Positions 7,939 to 16,226 of a stretch of 24,937 bases of DNA are shown in pieces. The notes beneath the pieces were generated by a model, which worked only from the letters and a program-made list of their open reading frames with translations, was not told the DNA's origin and searched no databases. The translations under genes were made by a program, and so were the position numbers. The stretch's first letter is position 1, and each line of letters starts with the position of its first letter. This DNA is from Promethearchaeota archaeon Loki_b31 (GTDB lineage: Archaea > Asgardarchaeota > Lokiarchaeia > Sigyniarchaeales > SOKP01): positions 1-24,937 of the forward strand of contig NJBI01000051.1 in the NCBI GenBank assembly GCA_005222975.1. The letters are read 5' to 3'.

Positions 7939-9351
7939 TTATATATAAGTGTGAATTAAATCCTTAAGATTTTTAGAGAATTTTGGTAAATTCTTATCGA
8001 TTTTTTCCAGATTTAAATCTTTTTCCATAAAGAGTAACAAATATAGATTGTACTTTTCAACGGGGATCTTTTTAAATATTATTTTTTTAGATTTGTTTGT
8101 TATTCCTGAAGAAATTAAGAAATCTTGTTTTAGTAACTTAAATTCCTTAAAAGTCTTGTAGAGCGTCTGAAAATGCGGCGCCGAAATTTCAAAAACCTTT
8201 TCGGAAATGCCTGTTCTAGAAAAGTTTGACAAAATTATTCCGTTTTCATTGAGCAGAAGTATTGCGTCAGAATTTATTTTCTTAGCGAAATGCTTCAATT
8301 GGTTTTCGAATAACTCTCTATTTGGACTGAGTTGTGAAAGTCCGTAAGAGTAAGCAGATATCAAAGACCAGTGGTCAAAAATCGAGGTTTCAAAAATTTT
8401 AACGAAAAACCCTCCAGTAATCTTACTAATTTCTTCATTTAAAGTTTTTAGATTATTTTTAATTTCTTTTAACTTCTTTACATCAGGGTCGTATTTATTT
8501 AGACAAACGACGATCGGAGGAAATTCATCTAACTCTAGTAGGGAATCTATTATTTTTTTAAACATTTCTATTGATTCTGTAATCCTTTCGGAATCTTGAA
8601 CGTCTATAAAGTAAAAGAGTAAATCTACGTTATATAAGTAAATCTTGCGTTGTTCGAGAAATTTTTCGCGATATTGCTTTTGCCCGCCTAGATCCCAAAT
8701 TGATATAGTCGAGTTTTGTTCTTCAAATATCTTTTCTTCCGTTCTTGCTACTCCTTTAGTCGGTAACGCTTTAATAATCTCAGAATATCGCTTTTTAACC
8801 GCCAGAAGAAAAACTGTTTTACCTACCTTGTCTAAACCGGTAAATAAAATTTTAATTTGTCGTTTTAAAGAAAAAGGGTCTTTTATTTCACTTGTAAATT
8901 CTAACAATTCTTCTCTTAATTCATTGATGATAACTTCATTTTCTTCTATAGATTTTGCTAATTGAACTTTTGAGGCTGCACTATCGATAATTACTCTTAA
9001 ATATTTCATGTTTTCATAGAAAAAAACCCTGTCTTCCTCGTTTATTAACACAGTTACTGTAGCCGCTTTAGCATTTCCTCTTGCTTCGGGATCATAAATT
9101 AGAAAAAAGTAAGTTAATCCATTAAGTTTTAAATCAGGAAAGGGTAATATTCCAAAATAGTTTATTTCTTCTGTAGATGTACTATTTTGATACACTGAAT
9201 CGCCCATTAATAAGCTAATCGTTTTCATTGCAATTAATAATCGCGAAGATTCGTCCATATTACTTGGCCAATATATCCTTGGAGTTGGACCATCGTCGTC
9301 AAACACACTTAAAACAATTGACTTTATGATCTCCGTTTTTGGTTTCGACAT
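7939..9351 (-). CDS. uDENN/longin-like + Arf/Rag-like small GTPase + roadblock-like fusion protein (470 aa)
   Basis: G1 GLDKVGKT, G2 PTKG, G3 WDLGGQ, G4 NKYD, G5 ETSIFD. N-terminal SIVLSVFDDDGPTPRIYWP. C-terminal DAILLLNENGIILS is roadblock-like. Confidence 0.88.
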   Translation of the reverse strand: MSKPKTEIIKSIVLSVFDDDGPTPRIYWPSNMDESSRLLIAMKTISLLMGDSVYQNSTSTEEINYFGILPFPDLKLNGLTYFFLIYDPEARGNAKAATVTVLINEEDRVFFYENMKYLRVIIDSAASKVQLAKSIEENEVIINELREELLEFTSEIKDPFSLKRQIKILFTGLDKVGKTVFLLAVKKRYSEIIKALPTKGVARTEEKIFEEQNSTISIWDLGGQKQYREKFLEQRKIYLYNVDLLFYFIDVQDSERITESIEMFKKIIDSLLELDEFPPIVVCLNKYDPDVKKLKEIKNNLKTLNEEISKITGGFFVKIFETSIFDHWSLISAYSYGLSQLSPNRELFENQLKHFAKKINSDAILLLNENGIILSNFSRTGISEKVFEISAPHFQTLYKTFKEFKLLKQDFLISSGITNKSKKIIFKKIPVEKYNLYLLLFMEKDLNLEKIDKNLPKFSKNLKDLIHTYI

Positions 9352-9683
9352 AATTCTTTGAAGCTTTTTCGATTATCATCAATATTTAAAAGATTTTAGG
9401 CAAATTAAGGCTACTATTAAATCAAAAGATAAATATTTATTTTTCCTAATTCTTCTAAATCGATTTAAAATAATTTCTATTCTAATATATCAAAAAAGAA
9501 TCCTCTATTAAATGTTTTCAAGATTAACAATAATTTTTCTATAACATACCTTATTCTTAAAAGCTGAGAACCTTAAATAAAAAAAAAATTGTTTTTAACA
9601 AGATTTAATAAAAGATAAATAAAAATTTTTTAAAATAATTACTTTCTTTTAATAATTATTATTTAGACAATTAACTTTTTATT

Positions 9684-10109
9684 ATGTTTGAAAATAAGAT
9701 CATTCATTCCTTACCAGAAGTGTTATACAAGGATAAAGAATCTGGAATAGTAAAAAAAAAAAAGTTTAAACCTATCCGTATATATAATTCGTTACGAAAG
9801 GAAACCGAACTTTCAGAACAAGACGCTGAAAAGATAACTCTTGATGTTTTTCGTTTTATAACCTCATCAAATCTTAAAATTCTTACAGCACCCCTCATAA
9901 GAGAGCTTGTTAGTTATTCTTTATTAAGATTTGGATTTGAAATTGCCCGCCTACAGAATACAAGAATTGGATTTCCTTATAACGATTTAAAGGATAAAAT
10001 ATCTGAATGTAACAATATTCCTGAATTAAAAGATTTTATTTATACTTGGGTTATAGATGAATTCAATGAAGTTAAAAAATTAATCGAGACTTCAAACATT
10101 TCTGAATAA
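9684..10109 (+). CDS. Stand-alone ATP-cone domain protein (resembles the N-terminal cone of archaeal anaerobic RNR NrdD)
   Basis: FKPIRIYNSLRKETELSEQDAEKIT...LKILTAPLIRELVSYSLLRFGFEIARLQNTRIGFPYND. The ORF ends at 141 aa with no catalytic domain. Confidence 0.8.
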   Translation: MFENKIIHSLPEVLYKDKESGIVKKKKFKPIRIYNSLRKETELSEQDAEKITLDVFRFITSSNLKILTAPLIRELVSYSLLRFGFEIARLQNTRIGFPYNDLKDKISECNNIPELKDFIYTWVIDEFNEVKKLIETSNISE

Positions 10110-10272
10110 TATCTCACATTTTTTTTATAAATTTAAAAGCTCCAATTAGCTTTATTTGTCAGATTATTTGTAAACTTATCATCTTCAGCGAGAACATTAA
10201 TTTAATCAGAAATTAATTCTGTTTTTAGTAAAACTTTTTGTTATGAGAAAAGTAGAGATTATTAGATGGTAT

Positions 10273-10509
10273 CTATGGAGTTTTTAATTTATTTATTATT
10301 GTATAGATAATTGAAACTACTAGATAAGTTGGAATTACAAATATAGCAATCAAAAAGAAAAAAGGCTCGTCTCCACCGATCGTCGCATTAAAATAATCAG
10401 AAAAGATAGCATAAACAATATTATGTAGAATAACAGAAGCAATCCAGGCTATAATAATTATTGCTACTTTTTTCCAACTTAATAAAAACCATTTATCAAA
10501 ATTATTCAT
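10273..10509 (-). CDS. Small two-TM membrane protein
   Basis: 78 aa with two hydrophobic helices flanking LHN and EPFFF motifs. Confidence 0.75.
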   Translation of the reverse strand: MNNFDKWFLLSWKKVAIIIIAWIASVILHNIVYAIFSDYFNATIGGDEPFFFLIAIFVIPTYLVVSIIYTIINKLKTP

Positions 10510-10656
10510 TTTTTATACATAATAATCAATCAAATTATTTTTTTAAATTTATGTTTTATTTATCCTATTTTATACCACTTTCTTTACGACACGACACTTT
10601 GATCATTATATCATTACTCTCCTTTCATTATTAAAAGCATCAACTTAATTTGCATT

Positions 10657-11454
10657 ATGTCTAGGGTTTATTCTTCGCCGTTGATAAAGCATTTTTTCTT
10701 AGAGATTTACAACTTATTAAAAGACACGGATTCAGCTGTAACCGAAATATGGTTTGAAATATCAGAAATTGAATTTTTCAAAAATTTTAGCGATTTTGAA
10801 CTCCGCGATTTTTTAGATAAGTTTGATTTTATCTCAATTCAGAAAGGAAACTATGTTCATTACATAGTAGTAAATAAAATCGTGTTTATTACGAGATGTC
10901 TTCAGTTTTTAGAGTTAGACGTTAATCACCTTTCATTTTTATTAAACAGCGACGGTTTTGAAGCTTTAATCAAAGAGATTTTATCTCAAAACAATTATAA
11001 AACAACCAAAAATTTTAGGTTTTCAGATAAATCTGATCTCAAATACGAAACATCTCAAAAAAGGTATGAGATCGATGTAATTGGCATTTATCAAAGTTAT
11101 ATATTGGTAATCGATGCTAAACAGTGGAAACGTAAGGACTCTTACAGCGCAATGAATAAAGCGGCAAATTTACAATATCAACGAGTAATTGCTTTGAAAA
11201 AGAATCCTGAAATTCTATCAAATTTAATACAGAACCTATTAGGAATGAAATTTAACTTTCGAAAAAAGTTACCATTTATCTTAATTCCCGTTATGGTTAC
11301 GTTAGAATCAAATTGGGTCAGAATTAACGAAAATTACATTCCATTAGTAGGAATAGATAATTTTAATTCGTTTTTGCAGGAATTAAGAATCAATTTACAA
11401 CATTTTAAAACTATCGAAGTTGATAAAATTTTCGTTCAAAAGCAGTTAGTATAA
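10657..11454 (+). CDS. PD-(D/E)xK nuclease, Mrr-cat/NERD-like restriction endonuclease family
   Basis: FEALIKEILSQNNY (helix E), YEIDVIG (D) and VIDAKQW (D-x-K). Confidence 0.8.
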   Translation: MSRVYSSPLIKHFFLEIYNLLKDTDSAVTEIWFEISEIEFFKNFSDFELRDFLDKFDFISIQKGNYVHYIVVNKIVFITRCLQFLELDVNHLSFLLNSDGFEALIKEILSQNNYKTTKNFRFSDKSDLKYETSQKRYEIDVIGIYQSYILVIDAKQWKRKDSYSAMNKAANLQYQRVIALKKNPEILSNLIQNLLGMKFNFRKKLPFILIPVMVTLESNWVRINENYIPLVGIDNFNSFLQELRINLQHFKTIEVDKIFVQKQLV

Positions 11455-11472
11455 GATTAGGATAGTGTATCC

Positions 11473-12483
11473 CTATTTTAATAATCCTAAATATTGTTTT
11501 ACTTGTTTTTTTACTATACTAACAGCAAAATATATTATTCCCGATTTAACTCGAGGATGTGAAAGAATTATTAAAATCATGTCATCTCCAAATGATTTTT
11601 TTGAACCAATGGGCGCGAGGTCTAAAACTCCATCAGTTCCCCTTATTGAAATGTTCAGCAAGGTTCCAGCGCTTAAGCCCTTGATTATATCATCTCCAAT
11701 CATGGATAAATTCTGACCAATTGTTGCAAATAAAGTTTCTGAAATTCGTGATGAAATTGCTGAAGCGAGAATCGTACCATCACCCTTAATAATTGCGGAG
11801 GCTTCAATATGTAGGTCCAGCTTCAATAAATCCTTTAAAATTTCGTTCATGCTGGAAGGAGGAATTTTTTCTTCTGTTTTCTCTTGAATAGCTTGCTTTT
11901 GTTTTTCAATAGATTCTAATGGTTTAACTGTTATTTTTTTAGATAAAAATGACAATACCTTTGACATATCTTCTTCTAGTTGCTTTTGCTTTAAAAGCAC
12001 AGATTCCTTTTCAGACGGGGATACGGTTGATTTTTGAGCGAGCCGTGATTTCGTATCAGCACGTTTCCTAACTTGTCGGTGTGGTCCGAAAACTCCTTTC
12101 TCTTCAATAATTGATCCTTTATAAGGTTGAGGCGTAATTTCTTTTAAAATGTCTGTATCTTCTTCTTCATCTTCCAGTTCGCTTTCTACGAACTCTTCGA
12201 CGTCTTCGTATTCGAAGGGGGTTTGGGTTTCAATAAGATCCTCCTCAATTTCGTTTAATTTTTCGGGTTTTGGGATCTCTTGTAGGTCTAAATGATCTGG
12301 TTTAGAAACTTTTTTCTTATCAGGAATTCTTTTCTGAGGTTTAGCTTCTTTTTTCTCCTTTTTACTAGGAGCCATTTTAAGTCTTGGAGTTCTGCGGGAA
12401 GTGGGGAGTAGAGCGCCGCATTTTCTACAAATACGACCGCTCTCCTCGTTATTAGTCGCACCACAATTAGAACAAATGATCAT
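11473..12483 (-). CDS. Zinc-ribbon + low-complexity linker + roadblock/LC7 (MglB/LAMTOR-like) domain protein
   Basis: N-terminal CSNCG...CRKCG, basic then acidic linker, C-terminal IEASAIIKGDGTILASA...ISIRGTDGVL...VKSGII roadblock pattern. Confidence 0.85.
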   Translation of the reverse strand: MIICSNCGATNNEESGRICRKCGALLPTSRRTPRLKMAPSKKEKKEAKPQKRIPDKKKVSKPDHLDLQEIPKPEKLNEIEEDLIETQTPFEYEDVEEFVESELEDEEEDTDILKEITPQPYKGSIIEEKGVFGPHRQVRKRADTKSRLAQKSTVSPSEKESVLLKQKQLEEDMSKVLSFLSKKITVKPLESIEKQKQAIQEKTEEKIPPSSMNEILKDLLKLDLHIEASAIIKGDGTILASAISSRISETLFATIGQNLSMIGDDIIKGLSAGTLLNISIRGTDGVLDLAPIGSKKSFGDDMILIILSHPRVKSGIIYFAVSIVKKQVKQYLGLLK

Positions 12484-12599
12484 TGGGATTATCTCTTTTA
12501 TCAGTTTTTAAAATCAGAAACAATAAGTTTTTATCTATATATAAGTATAAAAATTCAATTTTATTAATGTTAGCTAAAGTAAATTAAAAATAAAAGGAG

Positions 12600-13571
12600 T
12601 TAACTATATAGGATCTCTTTTAATAAATTAGCAAAACAATCAAAATCTTCTTTGTTAATATTTGGATCTTGTTTAAGCATAAGTAAATAATACGGAGAAG
12701 AGTCATCTTTTAAAGAAAGTTGCTTGAAAACGAAATTCTTTCCATACCTTTGCACAACCATGTGATTTTCCTCTTCTTGGCGGCTAGGTTGAGCTTTTGT
12801 AAAAATAAACGAATCGTTAAGGGTCAAAAAATAGGGAGTTGAAGCGCTGAGGAGATTCTTTGTTTCCTCGTCTTTGTAATAACTACCTACGATAAGACTA
12901 TTGTCGTCTAGTAAAACGACACCTTCAGAATAGGTCTTTTTGCCAAATTCTACAATTGTTTTTTCAATTAATTCCGATTTTGGGTATAAGTTTAAAAGAA
13001 TTTCAGACATGGCTTTAATGATACTGGGTAAATCGTAGATTGAAGTATTGTAATAAAAGATTTTCTTATAATCTACCACATTTTTTATTTTTTCTTTTAA
13101 TTCTATTTCAAGGGCCTTCATTTCGTTTAAAGCGTTTCGTCTTAACGCTGGATCATATTTATGGAAAAATACATAGATGCTCGGCTCTATTTCCAGCTTA
13201 TTAAATTGCACTACTACATCTTTAAAATAGCTGATAGCCTCTGGTATTCTTGCGCGATTTTGAACATCTATTACATAAACTGCAATCTCAGTGTCGTCGA
13301 AATACTTTCCGGGATTTTTTAAATAAGCTATTCTATAGCTAAATTGACCTCCAAGGTCCCATTCAGCTATTTCTCGCCCTAGAAATTCAAATATCCTTCT
13401 TTGGGCACCTCTAGTTGGCTTCAGAAACGCGATTTTCGAAAATTCCCTCTGTATTGCATAAATAATTGTTGTCTTGCCTGCGTTATCAAGGCCCGTAAAT
13501 AAAATTTTACTAGGTGACGCTATAGCTTCCTTTTTTACTTTTTTATCTTTTGATAAATATTGAATTGTCAA
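12600..13571 (-). CDS. Arf/Rag-like small GTPase with C-terminal roadblock-like domain (323 aa)
   Basis: G1 GLDNAGKT, G2 PTRG, G3 WDLGGQ, G4 HKYD, G5 TSIYD. C-terminal EGVVLLDDNSLIVGS. TTG start preceded by GTGAGG. Confidence 0.9.
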   Translation of the reverse strand: MTIQYLSKDKKVKKEAIASPSKILFTGLDNAGKTTIIYAIQREFSKIAFLKPTRGAQRRIFEFLGREIAEWDLGGQFSYRIAYLKNPGKYFDDTEIAVYVIDVQNRARIPEAISYFKDVVVQFNKLEIEPSIYVFFHKYDPALRRNALNEMKALEIELKEKIKNVVDYKKIFYYNTSIYDLPSIIKAMSEILLNLYPKSELIEKTIVEFGKKTYSEGVVLLDDNSLIVGSYYKDEETKNLLSASTPYFLTLNDSFIFTKAQPSRQEEENHMVVQRYGKNFVFKQLSLKDDSSPYYLLMLKQDPNINKEDFDCFANLLKEILYS

Positions 13572-13578
13572 TTGAATT

Positions 13579-13584
13579 CCTCAC
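13579..13584 (-). promoter_or_regulatory. Putative ribosome-binding site (GTGAGG) supporting the TTG start at 13571
   Basis: cctcac on the + strand, 7 nt from the TTG. Confidence 0.55.
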
Positions 13585-13720
13585 AACCATATTCTTATGT
13601 AAGATAATATATCAAACATTCTTATAAAATTATCCTTAACTTAAATATTAAAATGTTTAGCATATTTTTTCATTAATAAGGGATATTCTGAAAATATGGT
13701 AATAGTTTTTTTGCTTTTTA

Positions 13721-13990
13721 TTAAAATTCAAATCCCTTTCCGAAAAAATCTGTAATATCGAAATAGAAAGTAATTTCCCGACCATCTTCTAACTTCAATT
13801 CCAAGACATCGTACATTCTTCCACTTTTGTCTTGTAAACTCTGCCTAATTAATTGATAATTACCGAACTTTTTTCGAACTTCAATGTATTCCTGTTCTAC
13901 GCCTTCGATATTACTGCAATCTGAGATTTTTATAGCTTCTTTAAAAGAAAAGCCATCTCCTCCACTAATTTTTACCATTCTTAACACCAT
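13721..13990 (-). CDS. Small hypothetical protein (89 aa)
   Basis: Clean ORF co-oriented with its neighbours, with conserved-looking GGDGFSFKEAI and YDVLELKLEDG...YFDITDFFG. Function not recognised. Confidence 0.75.
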   Translation of the reverse strand: MVLRMVKISGGDGFSFKEAIKISDCSNIEGVEQEYIEVRKKFGNYQLIRQSLQDKSGRMYDVLELKLEDGREITFYFDITDFFGKGFEF

Positions 13991-14033
13991 AAAAATAACT
14001 TATCAAATACTTTATTCACGATCTTAACTTTTT

Positions 14034-14591
14034 TTAAAACTCATTTGGCATGCCATACTTAGTATTAGGTCCTTTTTCAAAAAGTTGGTTTAATTTATCG
14101 ACCGCTTCTTGAGCTGTTTTTGCTCCATATATCGTATCACTCCTTCTATCGTCGATTTTTTTGCCTGCCATTTTAGAGGACCATCCATCTAAACCAGTTA
14201 GTGCGATAATTGGTTTCTCGTATATCCAGGCAAAACATATTTCTGATAGGGTGCCTGCTTTCCCCGCTATCGCGACTACTGCGTCACCACTAAGCACCAC
14301 AACTATATTTCGCGCTTGAGAAAACGGAACTGGGATAACAACATCAACATATTTATTTGCTAAACTTTTATCTTTAAAAGGAATTATTCCTATCGTGAAT
14401 CCCCCTTCTTGTTTCGCTCCTTTGCAAACCGCTTCCATAACTCCAGAAAGCCCTCCGCACGCAACAGCAAAATTGTTTCTAGCGAGCAATCCTCCCAATT
14501 CATTAGCTAATTTCTCCGTTTTTGAATCGATTTGGCTAGTGCCAATTACAGAAACAGTTCCCTTAAATTTATTTTTGAAATTAAAACTCAT
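14034..14591 (-). CDS. LOG/SLOG family Rossmann-fold nucleotide-binding protein (TIGR00725-type)
   Basis: VSVIG, CGGLSGVMEAVCKGAKQEGGFTIGIIP, ARNIVVVLSGD and GKAGTLSEI. Confidence 0.9.
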   Translation of the reverse strand: MSFNFKNKFKGTVSVIGTSQIDSKTEKLANELGGLLARNNFAVACGGLSGVMEAVCKGAKQEGGFTIGIIPFKDKSLANKYVDVVIPVPFSQARNIVVVLSGDAVVAIAGKAGTLSEICFAWIYEKPIIALTGLDGWSSKMAGKKIDDRRSDTIYGAKTAQEAVDKLNQLFEKGPNTKYGMPNEF

Positions 14592-14786
14592 TGTATTTCA
14601 ATATCTTATTTTTTTTATAATTCCTAATATTGTTCGAATATTTTTATTTGTTTAGAAAGTTAGAAAGAAAAGTATCCAATAAATTATTTATTTTCAAAAT
14701 GAACTTATTGATCATCAAATGTTGCAGAATGCTCACTAGATGATCGAAAGCAAAAACCTAAATGTACGGAATCGTAATATTATTAT

Positions 14787-14984
14787 ATGGAAACAAAACA
14801 TAGATTAAAACCTAGTATTTCTATAGCCCCGCATCGAAAGGATTCTTCAATTTACTGCCCAGCTTGTGGACATATCATGGAACAAATTCTTCATACACCT
14901 AAAAATATAAAATAAATTTATCAATGTCCTAGATGTAATACCTTTATTCCGGAACAGATTTATGGACTGTCAGATCTTAAATAA
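14787..14984 (+). pseudogene. Small zinc-ribbon gene interrupted by an in-frame TAA
   Basis: Manual translation METKHRLKPSISIAPHRKDSSIYCPACGHIMEQILHTPKNIK*IYQCPRCNTFIPEQIYGLSDLK*. The two CxxC knuckles are in one frame, separated by TAA at 14913-14915. Confidence 0.6.
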
Positions 14985-15185
14985 AGGCTAATAACGAGAA
15001 TTATCGTTTAATGTGGGATATATAGCGTTTCTCGTAGCTTATTTCTTATCGATTAGATTAAACCTTAAGGACAACATTCTCAACGACATTAAGCATAAAA
15101 GTAAGTGATGTTTAAGAACCAGTTTTATTTGGATTATATCTTAAGAATTCGGGAATACAACCCCCACAGTCAGGATATTAAATCT

Positions 15186-16142
15186 TTAATACGCAATAAC
15201 ATCTAAAGATTCTTTACCATTATTTATTTCTAATCCCGCTTTTTTAATAATTTTTCCAATCAAATTTGCTGACATATCATGGTCTTTAAAAATCTTGATT
15301 ATTTGTTGAGATTTTTCTTCAGGTGCAGTTAAAATATATGAAGTGGTTAAAAACATTTTAATGTAAGTCTCCAAATTATAGCCCTTCTCTATTAATTTTG
15401 GAGGAATTACAATCCTTTCAATATTTATATTCGCGCCAACTTCAGAATATTGCATTAGTTGTAAAATAGTTCCAAACACACCTCCGTTAGATATATCCTT
15501 TGACGAATTGGCAAGATGTTCTTGGGCAATAACATTCATAGATTTTCTTTTATTCAAAACCATTTCAGAATCCTTAAACGTAACTGTATCCCAATGTAAA
15601 ACATTTGCTTTTCCTATTTTTCCGTCAAAATCAACTGCTAAAATGATGTTATCGTTTGGTTGTGCATTTTTTGCAGATATATAATCTTCTTCTTTGATTT
15701 CTCCTATTAATGATGTACTTAGTTCGTAATGCTTTTTCATATTCGTGTGACCCCGAATTATAGGAACATTAAATTTTTTCGAGCCAGCGCACACACCTTC
15801 AATAATTCTTTGCCCAATCTTTTGTTCTTTAAAGGAAATTATCAAGCTTGCCGCTAGTGGCGTCCCTCCACACGCATAAATATCATCTACTCCAACCAAG
15901 ATGGAACTAAAGCCAGCGCCAAATGGAAACTTCTCTATAAAAGTAGTTTTAATCCGATCGGTTGTTACTAACGTGTACATTCCATTATCGTTCTTAATTG
16001 CGGCAGAATCTTCCCCTATGTCTGAAAAAATACGAGAACTTTTAAAAGAATTTAAATGTATGAATTGAACTACGGGATCTATGCTTTTTTTTTCAATTAT
16101 GTTGCTATTATTCTTAATACATTCAGCAATTTTTTTTAACAT
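15186..16142 (-). CDS. AIR synthase/PurM-like superfamily protein, methanogenesis marker 2/sll0787-like
   Basis: IGEDSAAI, SILVGVDDIYACGGTP, IIRGHTN and KDISNGGVFGT...SEVGA. Confidence 0.8.
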   Translation of the reverse strand: MLKKIAECIKNNSNIIEKKSIDPVVQFIHLNSFKSSRIFSDIGEDSAAIKNDNGMYTLVTTDRIKTTFIEKFPFGAGFSSILVGVDDIYACGGTPLAASLIISFKEQKIGQRIIEGVCAGSKKFNVPIIRGHTNMKKHYELSTSLIGEIKEEDYISAKNAQPNDNIILAVDFDGKIGKANVLHWDTVTFKDSEMVLNKRKSMNVIAQEHLANSSKDISNGGVFGTILQLMQYSEVGANINIERIVIPPKLIEKGYNLETYIKMFLTTSYILTAPEEKSQQIIKIFKDHDMSANLIGKIIKKAGLEINNGKESLDVIAY

Positions 16143-16226
16143 TAATGTTCTAGTAAAAAATCTATTATTATTAAATAATTAAGTTTCCTACCTTTATTAT
16201 TAAAAAATAATATTAAAGAAAGTTCA

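Noticed and set aside
10141-10270. Possible C/D-box-like sRNA on the - strand (ATGATA...CTGA)
   Set aside because: The boxes are imperfect, no terminal stem or guide target could be identified, and such matches are expected by chance in AT-rich DNA.
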